Of a stretch of 57,661 bases of DNA, positions 27,237-36,679 are shown in pieces (the first letter of the stretch is position 1; the number at the start of each line of letters is the position of its first letter). The notes under the pieces were generated by a model that did no database searches, had not been told where the DNA came from, and was given only the letters and a program-made list of their open reading frames with translations. The stretch covers positions 1 through 57,661 of the forward strand of contig JAQCEO010000004.1 in assembly GCA_027729805.1 (NCBI GenBank), given 5' to 3'. A program made the position numbers and the translations under genes. The stretch comes from Actinomycetota bacterium (GTDB taxonomy: Bacteria; Actinomycetota; Actinomycetes; S36-B12).

Positions 27237-29202
27237 AAGCCCAACAATCGATGACGCGTTAGACCTAGTCATTGAATCCATCAACGGTGATAGCCGACAG
27301 GGCCAGCATTTAATGGCCAATGCGGTTGGTGGATCATTCGCGGGTGCCGGCCACCTGATCGTGCAGGCTGGCACCGGCACGGGGAAGTCGATGGGTTACC
27401 TGGTCCCAGCCGCCCTCTACGCCACTTCACGTCACCAGGCCATCGTGGTTGCCACGGCTACCCTGGCACTGCAAAAGCAGTTAATTGACAACGATCTGCC
27501 GTTACTGGCCAGTGCCCTAGAGCCATTATTGGAGCGTCCGGTCACCTACGCGGTACTAAAAGGCCGTAATAACTACGTTTGCTTGCAAAAGCTCCACGGT
27601 GCGATACCCGAGGACGAAAGTGCTGCCCTATTTAGCGCCCCAAAGAGTGCACTCGGGAAGCAGGTGGTGGCAGTTCGGGCCTGGGCGGAGCTAACGAGTA
27701 CCGGTGATCGCGATGAGTATCCAGATGAGATCGATCCGCGCGTTTGGCGTAGTTTGTCGGTGGGCCGACGCGAGTGCATCGGTGAGACAAAGTGCAGTTT
27801 CGGCCAGGAGTGTTTCACCGCCAAACGCCGCCTGATTGCCCAGGAGGCGGACATTGTCGTGACCAATCACGCAATGTTGGCGATTGACGCCCTTGAAGGT
27901 ATCCCGGTGCTGCCGGAGCATGCCGGGGTGGTGATCGACGAAGGTCATGAACTTGTTGACCGGGCAACGGCAGCCGTTACCGGTGAGTTGTCGGTTGCCA
28001 TGGTGGAGAAAGCGGGTTCGCGCAGCCGAAAACTACTTGACCCAAAAAGTATCGAACTCTTGCAGCGGGCGGCCGATGACCTCGATGACGCACTAAGGTT
28101 CACCGCGGCTGATTTAAGCGGGCCTACCCGTTTAGATCCACTCGGTCGAGAGTTGGTACTTGCGCTGACGCTAATCCGCGATGCTTGCGCCACCGCGATT
28201 ACCGCACTAAATGTCGATAAGGACAAAGACTCCGATGTGCTAGCTGCCAAACAGCATGCTCGGGGCGCACTGGAGGATGTGCATGATGTCGCGGGGAGCC
28301 TACTGACCGCGGGGGCTCGAGATGTGGTCTGGATTGATCCCGGCGAGAATCGGGCCGCGGTGTTGAAGATGGCACCGCTGTCGGTTGCTGGACTTTTACG
28401 CGAAGCGCTCTTTAGTAGAACTCCAGTTGTGATGACAAGTGCAACTTTAACCGTGGGCGGTGCCTTTGATGCCTTGGTGATGTCGCTCGGGTTAGCTGAT
28501 CAAATTGTCACTACGATGGATGTCGGTTCGCCATTTGATCACGCGGCGCAGGGGATCTTGTACGTTGCTGCGGATCTACCGGCTCCCGGGCGCGATGGTA
28601 TTGCGATGGAGGCTCTAGACGAACTGGCAGAACTGATCGAGGCGGCCGGGGGTCGAACCCTGGCCCTGTTTTCAAGTTGGCGTGGGGTTGAGCGCGCCGC
28701 AGACTTCCTGCGCGTGCGGCTTGATACCTTGGCTACCCCGCTGCTGGTGCAACGCAAAGGTGATGCGGTTGGTTCGTTGGTACAAAAGTTTGCCGCCGAC
28801 CCGGCCACGGTGCTGCTTGGCACGGTTTCGCTATGGCAAGGGGTTGATGTACCTGGGGACTCGTGTATTTGTGTAATTATTGATCGAATTCCGTTCCCCC
28901 GTCCCGATGACCCCCTCATGGCCGCTCGGCAACGTGCAGTGGATGACGCTGGTGGTTCGGGGTTTAGGTCGATAGCTGTCCCTAAAGCCGGCCTGCTGCT
29001 GGCCCAGGGCGCGGGTCGACTTATTCGCGGTATGGAGGACAAGGGAGTGGTCGCGGTACTTGATTCGCGGCTGGCCACTGCCGGGTACGCACAGGCACTA
29101 CGCGCGAGTTTGCCGCCTTTTTGGTACACCACAGATCGCGCCAAAGTGGTTGGGGCTTTGGAGCGCTTGCGCGATGAGGCGCCGGGCCGAAGTTTGCCCT
29201 AG
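27229..29202 (+). CDS. dinG: DinG/YoaA family ATP-dependent helicase
   Basis: QAGTGTGKS, LKGRNNYVC, Fe-S cysteines, DEGH, SATL, LFSS, WQGVDV, QGAGRLIR. Confidence 0.93.
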   Translation: MSESPTIDDALDLVIESINGDSRQGQHLMANAVGGSFAGAGHLIVQAGTGTGKSMGYLVPAALYATSRHQAIVVATATLALQKQLIDNDLPLLASALEPLLERPVTYAVLKGRNNYVCLQKLHGAIPEDESAALFSAPKSALGKQVVAVRAWAELTSTGDRDEYPDEIDPRVWRSLSVGRRECIGETKCSFGQECFTAKRRLIAQEADIVVTNHAMLAIDALEGIPVLPEHAGVVIDEGHELVDRATAAVTGELSVAMVEKAGSRSRKLLDPKSIELLQRAADDLDDALRFTAADLSGPTRLDPLGRELVLALTLIRDACATAITALNVDKDKDSDVLAAKQHARGALEDVHDVAGSLLTAGARDVVWIDPGENRAAVLKMAPLSVAGLLREALFSRTPVVMTSATLTVGGAFDALVMSLGLADQIVTTMDVGSPFDHAAQGILYVAADLPAPGRDGIAMEALDELAELIEAAGGRTLALFSSWRGVERAADFLRVRLDTLATPLLVQRKGDAVGSLVQKFAADPATVLLGTVSLWQGVDVPGDSCICVIIDRIPFPRPDDPLMAARQRAVDDAGGSGFRSIAVPKAGLLLAQGAGRLIRGMEDKGVVAVLDSRLATAGYAQALRASLPPFWYTTDRAKVVGALERLRDEAPGRSLP

Positions 29203-29469
29203 TCGGCGCTAGGTGAACAAGACGCGTTTGCTTGTTGACACCTCAATTTGGGTTAACTACTTAGATGACCACCAGATCGGGGCTTTGGGATTCCTGCTAG
29301 ATGGTATTCCGGGATCGACGATCGACCCCGATGTCGATTCCTGGTGATCTGGATTTCGAGATCATCGCCAGTGTCGCGCCGTGAAGGCGAGAACGTTGGG
29401 CAGTTTAGGTACTTTGCGAAATCACGTATCATTGACCCTAGTTACTGCGTTGCTTCGTATATGCAGCAA

Positions 29470-30165
29470 CTACAACCGGCGTAACACTGAAACGACTTTG
29501 CCCATTACGGTGGCTTCATCCCCAAGAATCGGCTCATATGCCGGATTATGCGGCATCAACCAAATATGACCGTCGCGTCGTTTGAAAGTCTTAATGGTGG
29601 CCTCATCATCTAGCAGTGCCGCCACGATATCTCCGGCCTCAGCCGTGGGCTGCTGCCGAACGACAACCCAATCCCCATCGCAGATGGCGGCGTCGATCAT
29701 CGAGTCGCCGACGACCTTGAGTAAGAAAAGCTCACCTTCACCAACAAGGTCACGTGGCAGTGGGAAGACGGTTTCGACTTCTTGTTCGGCCAAAATTGGG
29801 CCACCGGCCGCGATGCGGCCAAGTACGGGCACATAGGCCAAGCCAGGTTCGGGTAGCGGCTTTTCGACTAACCGGAGGCGAGTCGGGATAAGGGCTTGGG
29901 CTGGATTCGTGGGCTCGGCAACCACCAAGGCCCGCGGCCGGTTTGGGTCGCGGCGTAAGTAGCCGAGTTTTTCCAAGGTACCAAGTTGATGCGCCACACT
30001 GCTCGGCGAGGTCAAACCGACACCTTCGCCGATCTCGCGGACGCTGGGGGGATAGCCCTGGCGCTCAACGGTCTCGCGAATGACCTCGAGGATGGCCCGC
30101 TGCCGCTGGGTCAGGCCGGACTCATCGGGTGGGCCATCAGGAAGTTCACTCACACCAGTGGCCAC
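29470..30165 (-). CDS. lexA: SOS repressor LexA
   Basis: [10 protein letters not shown] winged HTH, IAAGGP cleavage site, GDSM, EATIK. Confidence 0.97.
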   Translation of the reverse strand: MATGVSELPDGPPDESGLTQRQRAILEVIRETVERQGYPPSVREIGEGVGLTSPSSVAHQLGTLEKLGYLRRDPNRPRALVVAEPTNPAQALIPTRLRLVEKPLPEPGLAYVPVLGRIAAGGPILAEQEVETVFPLPRDLVGEGELFLLKVVGDSMIDAAICDGDWVVVRQQPTAEAGDIVAALLDDEATIKTFKRRDGHIWLMPHNPAYEPILGDEATVMGKVVSVLRRL

Positions 30166-30277
30166 GGGGGCTCCAATCGCTTAGTGGGGCTAAATCGGCC
30201 AAAATCCGCGGAATTCGGGCGATTGTCAGACCCCAGGTTCAAGGTAGGACCGAACCTAGCGAAAATTTCCAAAGAAT

Positions 30278-30362
30278 TCAAACATATGTTCGAATGTCGG
30301 CTGGACGTGTCGGGCGGTTCGTGCTAGAAATCGTACATGTGTTCGATCGTACACCCGTTCGA
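30278..30362. promoter_or_regulatory. three LexA boxes in the lexA / lysM divergent promoter region
   Basis: TCAAACATATGTTCGA (30278-30293), TCGTACATGTGTTCGA (30331-30346), TCGTACACCCGTTCGA (30347-30362). Confidence 0.8.
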
Positions 30363-30418
30363 TAGGGCATAGTCAACTAAAACCGGCTCACCTAGGCCAG
30401 TATTGAAAGGACCACCCC

Positions 30419-30835
30419 ATGTCAATCGCAGCGCCTTTCCCAGCGCCTTTCCCAGCGCCCTTCCCAGCGCCCTTCCCAGCAAACCAGCGACACCGATCCA
30501 CGGCCAACGCCAGGCGGCCAGCAAACCGGCCCCTGCGGCTGACGATCCGGGGGCGGGTACTACTTCTGGTTGCCACGATTTTGGTCCTGTTCACCCTGGT
30601 AGTGGCTGCCGGTGGGTTCACGGCCGAAGCCACCGGTGAGGTACCCGGGCCGGGTGCAGGTCCGGTGGCCGCGGTGGTGGTCGTCCAAAAAGGTGAGTCC
30701 TTGTGGTCGATCGCGCAGCAGGTGGCGCCGGGGCATGATCCCCGGGAGATCGTGAGCCGAATCCGCGACCTAAATGGCCTAGCAGATGCCTTGGTCATTC
30801 CGGGCCAATCCCTAGTGGTTCCGGTCGTCAACTAA
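30419..30835 (+). CDS. membrane-anchored LysM protein (ChiZ/YneA-like SOS division inhibitor)
   Basis: LTIRGR plus TM helix, LysM VVQKGESLWSIA...IRDLNGL...IPGQSLVVP; divergent from lexA. Confidence 0.85.
   Translation: MSIAAPFPAPFPAPFPAPFPANQRHRSTANARRPANRPLRLTIRGRVLLLVATILVLFTLVVAAGGFTAEATGEVPGPGAGPVAAVVVVQKGESLWSIAQQVAPGHDPREIVSRIRDLNGLADALVIPGQSLVVPVVN
30429..30480 (+). repeat. 12-bp coding tandem repeat, 4.3 copies (APFP x4)
   Basis: CAGCGCCTTTCC x2, CAGCGCCCTTCC x2, then CAGC. Confidence 0.95.
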
Positions 30836-30891
30836 CTGCCGCAGGACTAACATCAAGTGTCTAAGGTGTTTGCAACCCCGACGGAGTGCCC

Positions 30892-31707
30892 ATGTCTGCA
30901 GTTGGCCGGTATCGGGTTGAGCGGGTTGCCGGTGGGGTGCGCACTCAGGTTGCCGATGAGGTAGCTGTCGAAGAGCCACTTGAGATTCGCATTGCAGGCT
31001 GCCCACCCTGGTTGACCATGCGCACCCCCGGGGATGACATTGATCTGGCACTGGGCTGGTTGGTTAGTGAAGGTGCGATCACCACCGCGGATGAGGTCCT
31101 TAGCGCCCAAGAGCGCAGTGGCGGCGAGGGCCTAGATCGGGCCACCTCGGTCGAGGTCACCTTGCGGCCAGGAATCGAAGCACCGCTGGCCCGAGCTTAT
31201 GCCGCGAGTAGTAGTTGTGGGGTTTGCGGTTCGGATACCAATCTTGATGTTTTGAGTAGGTGCACCTGGCCACTTAATGACGTGACAACTACTGTCGACG
31301 CGGCAACGCTCCTAGGCTTTCCGGAGCAATTACGTGCGGCTCAGCGCGGATTCGGTCGGACCGGTGGGCTGCATGCGGCCGCCCTATTTGTTGCTAGCAC
31401 CGGCGAGCGACTGCATGTGCGCGAGGATGTGGGCCGCCACAATGCGGTGGACAAAGTCATCGGTTGGGCCCTGCGGGCGGGCCGGTTACCGGGGTTTGAC
31501 TTGGTACTTCAGGTAAGTAGCCGGGCCTCCTTCGAGCTGGTGCAAAAGGCCGCGACCGCCGGTATTCCGATTTTGTCCTCAGTATCTGCACCCACCTCGA
31601 TGGCAATTGAATTGGCGCGGGCGACCAACCTAACTTTGGCCTGTTTTGTCAGGGGTACCACATTTAATCTCTACTCTGGGTCAGCTCGCATTGCCGGAGC
31701 GCCATGA
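30892..31707 (+). CDS. fdhD: formate dehydrogenase accessory sulfurtransferase
   Basis: VAVEEPLEIR, MRTPG, SSCGVCG, TGGLHAA, REDVGRHNAVDK, SAPTS. Confidence 0.93.
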   Translation: MSAVGRYRVERVAGGVRTQVADEVAVEEPLEIRIAGCPPWLTMRTPGDDIDLALGWLVSEGAITTADEVLSAQERSGGEGLDRATSVEVTLRPGIEAPLARAYAASSSCGVCGSDTNLDVLSRCTWPLNDVTTTVDAATLLGFPEQLRAAQRGFGRTGGLHAAALFVASTGERLHVREDVGRHNAVDKVIGWALRAGRLPGFDLVLQVSSRASFELVQKAATAGIPILSSVSAPTSMAIELARATNLTLACFVRGTTFNLYSGSARIAGAP

Positions 31708-32267
31708 CCGATGCGGGCGCCACCGAGGTTGCATATGTAATCTTGACGGGCGGACGCAGTAGTCGACTCGGGACGGACAAAGCCAAGGCGCAGGTCAACA
31801 AAGTTGCACTGCTCGATCGACTTCTTGATTCGTTCCCAAAGGCGCCCATTGTTATTGGCCCGGAAGTCCAAGGGGGCCCAGCGGCCGCAATCAATGCGGC
31901 ACTTGGTGTCATCATGTCGCCATGGGTGGCGGTGGTGGCGGTTGACATGCCGTTTGCACCACCGGTTATTGCGTATTTAGCGCAACTCACCGACGGGGTG
32001 AAAGCTGACGGTTTCATTCCCATTGACCTTATTGGCAAAGAGCAGTGGCTTTGCGGCATTTACCAGACCGCAGCGCTTAGGACTGCGATGGCGGTTTTTG
32101 GCTCGGTCGTCGATGCGCCTTTACATCAAGTCTTGGGGTCCTTGAATCTTCAGCGGGTGCGATTACCCGATGAACTTGCCAAGTTGCTCATTGATATTGA
32201 TACGCCGGCCGATCTACAGCGCGCTGAGTTTTTGGACCAAGAAGCCCAGAGTCACTGGACCAAGTAG
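31704..32267 (+). CDS. mobA: molybdenum cofactor guanylyltransferase-like NTP transferase
   Basis: ILTGGRSSRLGTDKA, GGPAAAI, AVDMPF, DIDTPADL. Confidence 0.85.
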   Translation: MTDAGATEVAYVILTGGRSSRLGTDKAKAQVNKVALLDRLLDSFPKAPIVIGPEVQGGPAAAINAALGVIMSPWVAVVAVDMPFAPPVIAYLAQLTDGVKADGFIPIDLIGKEQWLCGIYQTAALRTAMAVFGSVVDAPLHQVLGSLNLQRVRLPDELAKLLIDIDTPADLQRAEFLDQEAQSHWTK

Positions 32268-32280
32268 AAGGAGTGAGCAG

Positions 32281-32541
32281 ATGAGCAATACCCAAGAGTG
32301 GGTCGACGCAGTGAGCCGTGAACTTGGGCTCAAAACGCCGGTCGATGTCGAGGCACTACTTGATCTAGCGAGGGTTGCCGCACATCAAATTGAACGGCCC
32401 GCAGCCCCGCTGACCACTTACCTGGTGGGTTATGCCGTGGGGCAGGGGATGGATCCGCAGGTCGCCACCGCCCAAATCACCCAATTGGCGAGCAATTGGG
32501 CTCCCGACGGGCCCGAGTCGGTGGGGCCTGCCCAAAACTAG
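32281..32541 (+). CDS. DUF6457-like small protein (typically associated with MobA)
   Basis: EWVDAVSRELGL...LLDLARVAAHQIERPAAPLTTYLVGYAVG; SD AAGGAG. Confidence 0.75.
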   Translation: MSNTQEWVDAVSRELGLKTPVDVEALLDLARVAAHQIERPAAPLTTYLVGYAVGQGMDPQVATAQITQLASNWAPDGPESVGPAQN

Positions 32542-32599
32542 CCACGACGCGCCGAGGCCGGCGCCTTGCGTTCGGCTGGAATCCCCGATACCTTCAGGA

Positions 32600-32647
32600 C
32601 CGCAAGATGTAGTAGTTGCAGCCCGGTGGATCCTCCACAGGTTGTGG
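32600..32647. promoter_or_regulatory. tandem NrdR boxes upstream of nrdR-nrdJ
   Basis: CCGCAAGATGTAGTAG (32600-32615) and CCTCCACAGGTTGTGG (32632-32647) fit acaCwAtATaTwGtg; starts are 32 bp apart. Confidence 0.65.
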
Positions 32648-32766
32648 TTACGGCTCCACAGGGTATCCACAGGACGTCCCCAAGATCGGTCCCGCGGGTA
32701 GGAGAAATCTCCGACAAGGTGTGACGCAAGTGAAGTAAGGGCCGAAAGGGAGGGGAGGTACACAAG

Positions 32767-33273
32767 GTGCGATGTCCATTTTGCAAGGAAGATGACTCCC
32801 GGGTGGTGGACTCCCGGACAACCGATGATGGCGCGGCAATTCGGCGCCGTCGTGAGTGTTCCTCCTGCGGCCGGCGGTTTACTACCGCGGAGAACACGAT
32901 GTTGCTCGTGGCTAAGCGGTCCGGCGTCCAAGAGCCATTTAGTCGTGCCAAGGTGATCGGCGGGGTGCGCAAGGCGTGCCAAGGACGCCCGGTCAGCGAG
33001 GATGATCTAGGCAGGTTGGCGCAGCGCGTAGAAGATTCGGTCCGCGCGGCCGGTATCGCCGAAATCCCCGCAATGGAAGTTGGTCTGGCGATTCTTGGCC
33101 CACTTCGTGAACTCGACGAGGTGGCCTACTTGCGTTTTGCGTCCGTGTACCGCTCATTTGACAACCTCGAGGATTTTGAGGCTGAGATCGCACTCTTGCG
33201 CGCCGAGGGTGAACCACTTGGCCAGGAACCAACCATTTCGACAGCCACCAAAAAATCTTCCCAGTCCAGTTAA
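32767..33273 (+). CDS. nrdR: transcriptional repressor NrdR
   Basis: MRCPFC...[24 protein letters not shown] cone, AYLRFASVY. Confidence 0.97.
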   Translation: MRCPFCKEDDSRVVDSRTTDDGAAIRRRRECSSCGRRFTTAENTMLLVAKRSGVQEPFSRAKVIGGVRKACQGRPVSEDDLGRLAQRVEDSVRAAGIAEIPAMEVGLAILGPLRELDEVAYLRFASVYRSFDNLEDFEAEIALLRAEGEPLGQEPTISTATKKSSQSS

Positions 33274-33294
33274 CCGCGCGACGCGAAAGGCACC

Positions 33295-36159
33295 ATGATG
33301 ACGATCACCACCAGCACAGGCACCGGCTTCATTCACAACACTTTACAAAAGCCGGGTCTAGTGATGGAGCGCGTTTACACCACCGAGGGCCTGCACCCCT
33401 ACGACGCGATTACCTGGGAACGACGCGATGTGGTGCAGAACAACTGGAAGACCGGCGAAGTGGTGTTTGAGCAGCGCGGGGTTGAGTTCCCTGATTTTTG
33501 GAGCGTTAACGCATCAACAATCGTCACTACCAAGTACTTCCGCGGTTCGGTTGGTACCGAACAGCGCGAGTGGAGCCTTAAGCAACTCATTGACCGAGTG
33601 GTGCTGACTTACACCAAAGCTGGTAAGGAGCACGGGTATTTTCGCAACGACAAGGATGCCGAGATTTTCGAGCATGAGTTGACACACATGTTGGTAAACC
33701 AGGTGTTTAGTTTCAATTCTCCGGTTTGGTTCAACGTCGGCACCGTGTCCCCGCAGCAGGTCAGTGCCTGCTTCATCCTCAGTGTCGATGATCGCATGGA
33801 GTCGATCTTGAACTGGTACCGCGAAGAAGGCATGATCTTCAAGGGCGGTTCGGGGGCCGGTCTGAATCTGTCCCGCATTCGCTCGAGTAAAGAGCTGCTT
33901 AAATCATCGGGTGGTACGGCATCTGGGCCGGTGTCTTTCATGCGCGGCGCTGATGCGTCAGCTGGCACCATCAAATCCGGTGGTGCAACACGTCGAGCCG
34001 CCAAAATGGTGGTCCTTGATGTGGACCACCCAGATATCGAGGAATTCATCGAGACCAAGGTCCGCGAAGAGGACAAAATCCGAGTCCTCCGCGACGCCGG
34101 CTACGACATGGATCTGGGCGGCAAGGATATCTCCAGCGTTCAGTACCAAAACGCCAACAACTCGGTGCGCGTTTCTGACATGTTCATGCGGGCGGTTGAA
34201 AATGGTGAGCCCTTCGGCTTGACCGCTCGCACCGATGGTCATGTGGTCGAAACTGTTGACGCCAAGACCTTGTTCCGCACGATGACCGAGGCCGCTTGGG
34301 CTTGCGCCGACCCTGGTATCCAGTACGACGACACGATCAATGATTGGCACACCAATCCCGAGACTGGGCGAATCAATGCATCGAATCCGTGCTCGGAGTA
34401 CATGAGCCTCGATAACTCTTCCTGCAACCTAGCGAGCCTTAACCTGTTGACCTTCCTCAAGGAGGACGACACCTTCGATGCTGAGTGTTTTGTCAAGGCA
34501 GTAGAAATCATCATCACCGCGATGGATATCTCAATCTCCTTCGCCGACTTCCCAACTGAGCCGATTGGCGATACCACCCGCAAGTACCGGCAATTGGGTA
34601 TTGGCTACGCGAACCTTGGGGCGCTGCTGATGGCGACCGGATTGCCATATGACTCAGATGGTGGTCGCGCGTTGGCGGCAGCTATCACCTCGGTCATGAC
34701 TGGTACCGCCTACAAGCGCAGTGCGGAACTAGCCGGCATCGTTGGTCCGTATGAAGGTTACGCCCGCAATGAGACCGGTCACAAGCGGGTGATGCGTAAG
34801 CACGCGTCGGCCAATGACAATGTCCGCGGGGTGACAACCCTGGATACCTCGATCATGAAGGTCGCGCACCGGGAGTGGGAGCAAGGGCTGAAAATCGGCG
34901 AAAAGAACGGCTGGCGCAATGCACAGGCTTCGGTGTTAGCGCCAACCGGAACCATCGGGTTCATGATGGACTGCGATACCACCGGGGTCGAGCCTGACTT
35001 CTCGCTGGTGAAGTTCAAGAAGTTGGTGGGCGGTGGCTCGATGCAGATCGTCAACCAGACGATCCCGCGCGCACTGCGCCGACTCGGCTATACCGAGGAG
35101 ACTATTGAAGCCATCGTTGAGTTCATCTCGGAAAATGGCCACGTGATTGATGCACCAGGGTTAAAGACCGAGCATTACCCGGTTTTTGACACCGCCATGG
35201 GGGTGCGCTCGATCACCCCGATGGGCCACGTACGCATGATGGCGGCGGTTCAGCCGTTCATCTCGGGTGCTATTTCCAAGACCGTCAATATGCCGCAGTC
35301 GGCTACGGTGGAAGAAGTCGAGGAGATCTATTTCCAAGGCTGGAAGTACGGCATAAAGGCACTGGCTATCTACCGTGATAACTGCAAGGTTGGCCAGCCG
35401 TTATCTGATGGCAAGTCCGCGAAAGTTGACGAAATTATCGATGGCACGGCCGAGGCGATCGCGCAGCTGGTTGGCCAGCCAACGCGCCGGCGGTTGCCGA
35501 AGTCGCGCCCGAGTTTGACCACGAGTTTCCAGGTGGCGGGCGCGGAGGGCTATATGACCGCTGGCAGTTACCCCGATGACGGCCTCGGGGAGGTTTTCCT
35601 CAAACTCGGCAAGCAAGGGTCAACCCTTGCCGGGGTGATGGATGCGTTCTCGATTGCGATCAGCATCGCGTTGCAGTACGGCGTGCCACTGGAGGCTTTT
35701 GTCAGCAAATTCGTGAATATGCGCTTTGAGCCGGCCGGCATGACAGATGACCCCGATATCCGGATATCGCAGTCGATCATGGACTACATCTTCAGGCGGC
35801 TGGCCCTGGATTACCTGCCCTATGAAAAGCGGGCGGCGCTAGGAATTCACAGCGCCGATGAGCGGGCAGCCACGGTTGGGGCTAACTACGCCCAGTACGC
35901 ACCGGCGGCTTCGGCTGATCTTGATGTCGATATCGCTGACGCCTCCGATACGGCAGAGGTGGCTACGGGGGCTGCGAAGGTAGCAGGTTCCGACCCGGTC
36001 AAGGTCACGAGCAAGGCGCGCTCAAGTGCTGAACTCCTCGAGGAGATCACCGGGACCGCGTCGGATGCACCGCTATGCATGACCTGCGGCATCAAGATGC
36101 GCCCGGCGGGCAGCTGCTATGTCTGCGAAGGGTGCGGCAGCACTTCTGGTTGCAGTTGA
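33295..36159 (+). CDS. nrdJ: class II adenosylcobalamin-dependent ribonucleotide reductase, no intein
   Basis: FNSPVWFN, QVSACF, SNPCSEY, CNLASLN, APTGTI, GAISKTVN, YRDNCK, C-terminal CMTCG..CYVCEGCG. Confidence 0.96.
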   Translation: MMTITTSTGTGFIHNTLQKPGLVMERVYTTEGLHPYDAITWERRDVVQNNWKTGEVVFEQRGVEFPDFWSVNASTIVTTKYFRGSVGTEQREWSLKQLIDRVVLTYTKAGKEHGYFRNDKDAEIFEHELTHMLVNQVFSFNSPVWFNVGTVSPQQVSACFILSVDDRMESILNWYREEGMIFKGGSGAGLNLSRIRSSKELLKSSGGTASGPVSFMRGADASAGTIKSGGATRRAAKMVVLDVDHPDIEEFIETKVREEDKIRVLRDAGYDMDLGGKDISSVQYQNANNSVRVSDMFMRAVENGEPFGLTARTDGHVVETVDAKTLFRTMTEAAWACADPGIQYDDTINDWHTNPETGRINASNPCSEYMSLDNSSCNLASLNLLTFLKEDDTFDAECFVKAVEIIITAMDISISFADFPTEPIGDTTRKYRQLGIGYANLGALLMATGLPYDSDGGRALAAAITSVMTGTAYKRSAELAGIVGPYEGYARNETGHKRVMRKHASANDNVRGVTTLDTSIMKVAHREWEQGLKIGEKNGWRNAQASVLAPTGTIGFMMDCDTTGVEPDFSLVKFKKLVGGGSMQIVNQTIPRALRRLGYTEETIEAIVEFISENGHVIDAPGLKTEHYPVFDTAMGVRSITPMGHVRMMAAVQPFISGAISKTVNMPQSATVEEVEEIYFQGWKYGIKALAIYRDNCKVGQPLSDGKSAKVDEIIDGTAEAIAQLVGQPTRRRLPKSRPSLTTSFQVAGAEGYMTAGSYPDDGLGEVFLKLGKQGSTLAGVMDAFSIAISIALQYGVPLEAFVSKFVNMRFEPAGMTDDPDIRISQSIMDYIFRRLALDYLPYEKRAALGIHSADERAATVGANYAQYAPAASADLDVDIADASDTAEVATGAAKVAGSDPVKVTSKARSSAELLEEITGTASDAPLCMTCGIKMRPAGSCYVCEGCGSTSGCS

Positions 36160-36232
36160 TCAGAGGTCAATGCATTGAAGGCTGAACCTTGCTAGTGTCC
36201 TTGATGCCGTCATTCTAGGGAGAAGAAATTTC

Positions 36233-36613
36233 ATGGACCTCGGAGAATCAATCTGGACTTTACTTGTCATATTCCTAATGATCATGTTTTTTATGATCTT
36301 CTTCATGGTGGTGCTGGATCTGTTCAGCGACCATGAAGAAAGCGGCGGGGCCAAGGCGGTGTGGATCGTCTTCTTGATCTTGTTCCCGCCGATCACCGTG
36401 CTGATCTATGTCATTGTGCGAGGCAACGGAATGGCAAGGCGTCGCCAGAAGCAAGTTGAACAAGTACAAAGTGAACAGAAGGCCTATATCCAGTCAATGG
36501 CTGGCAATTCCTCGCCTGCAGACCAAATCGCCTCCGCAAAGGCGCTCTTGGATGCGGGTACCATCTCGCAGCAGGACTTTGATGCACTCAAGGCCAAGGC
36601 ACTAGCGTCCTAA
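36233..36613 (+). CDS. small membrane protein, PLDc_N-like N-terminus plus SHOCT C-terminus
   Basis: DLFSDHEESGGAKAVWIVFLILFP, C-terminal ADQIASAKALLDAGTISQQDFDALKAKAL. Confidence 0.8.
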   Translation: MDLGESIWTLLVIFLMIMFFMIFFMVVLDLFSDHEESGGAKAVWIVFLILFPPITVLIYVIVRGNGMARRRQKQVEQVQSEQKAYIQSMAGNSSPADQIASAKALLDAGTISQQDFDALKAKALAS

Positions 36614-36679
36614 GGACCAAGTGACCGGACACTTGGGCGGCCGAATACCCACCGCCCCAGTTGCCGGCCGCCAAAGTCC

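Noticed and set aside
30308-30331. Second PafBC-type motif upstream of lysM
   Set aside because: TGTCGG to TAGAAA spacing is 11 rather than 10 nt and the hexamer lacks the final T
32365-32982. 205-aa minus ORF across the nrdR promoter
   Set aside because: Low-complexity translation overlapping two real genes and the NrdR boxes
32542-33294. Cobalamin riboswitch for nrdJ
   Set aside because: No B12-box consensus seen; the region is explained by NrdR boxes and nrdR
16314-36159. Inteins or introns in recA and nrdJ
   Set aside because: Both proteins have normal lengths and uninterrupted motifs
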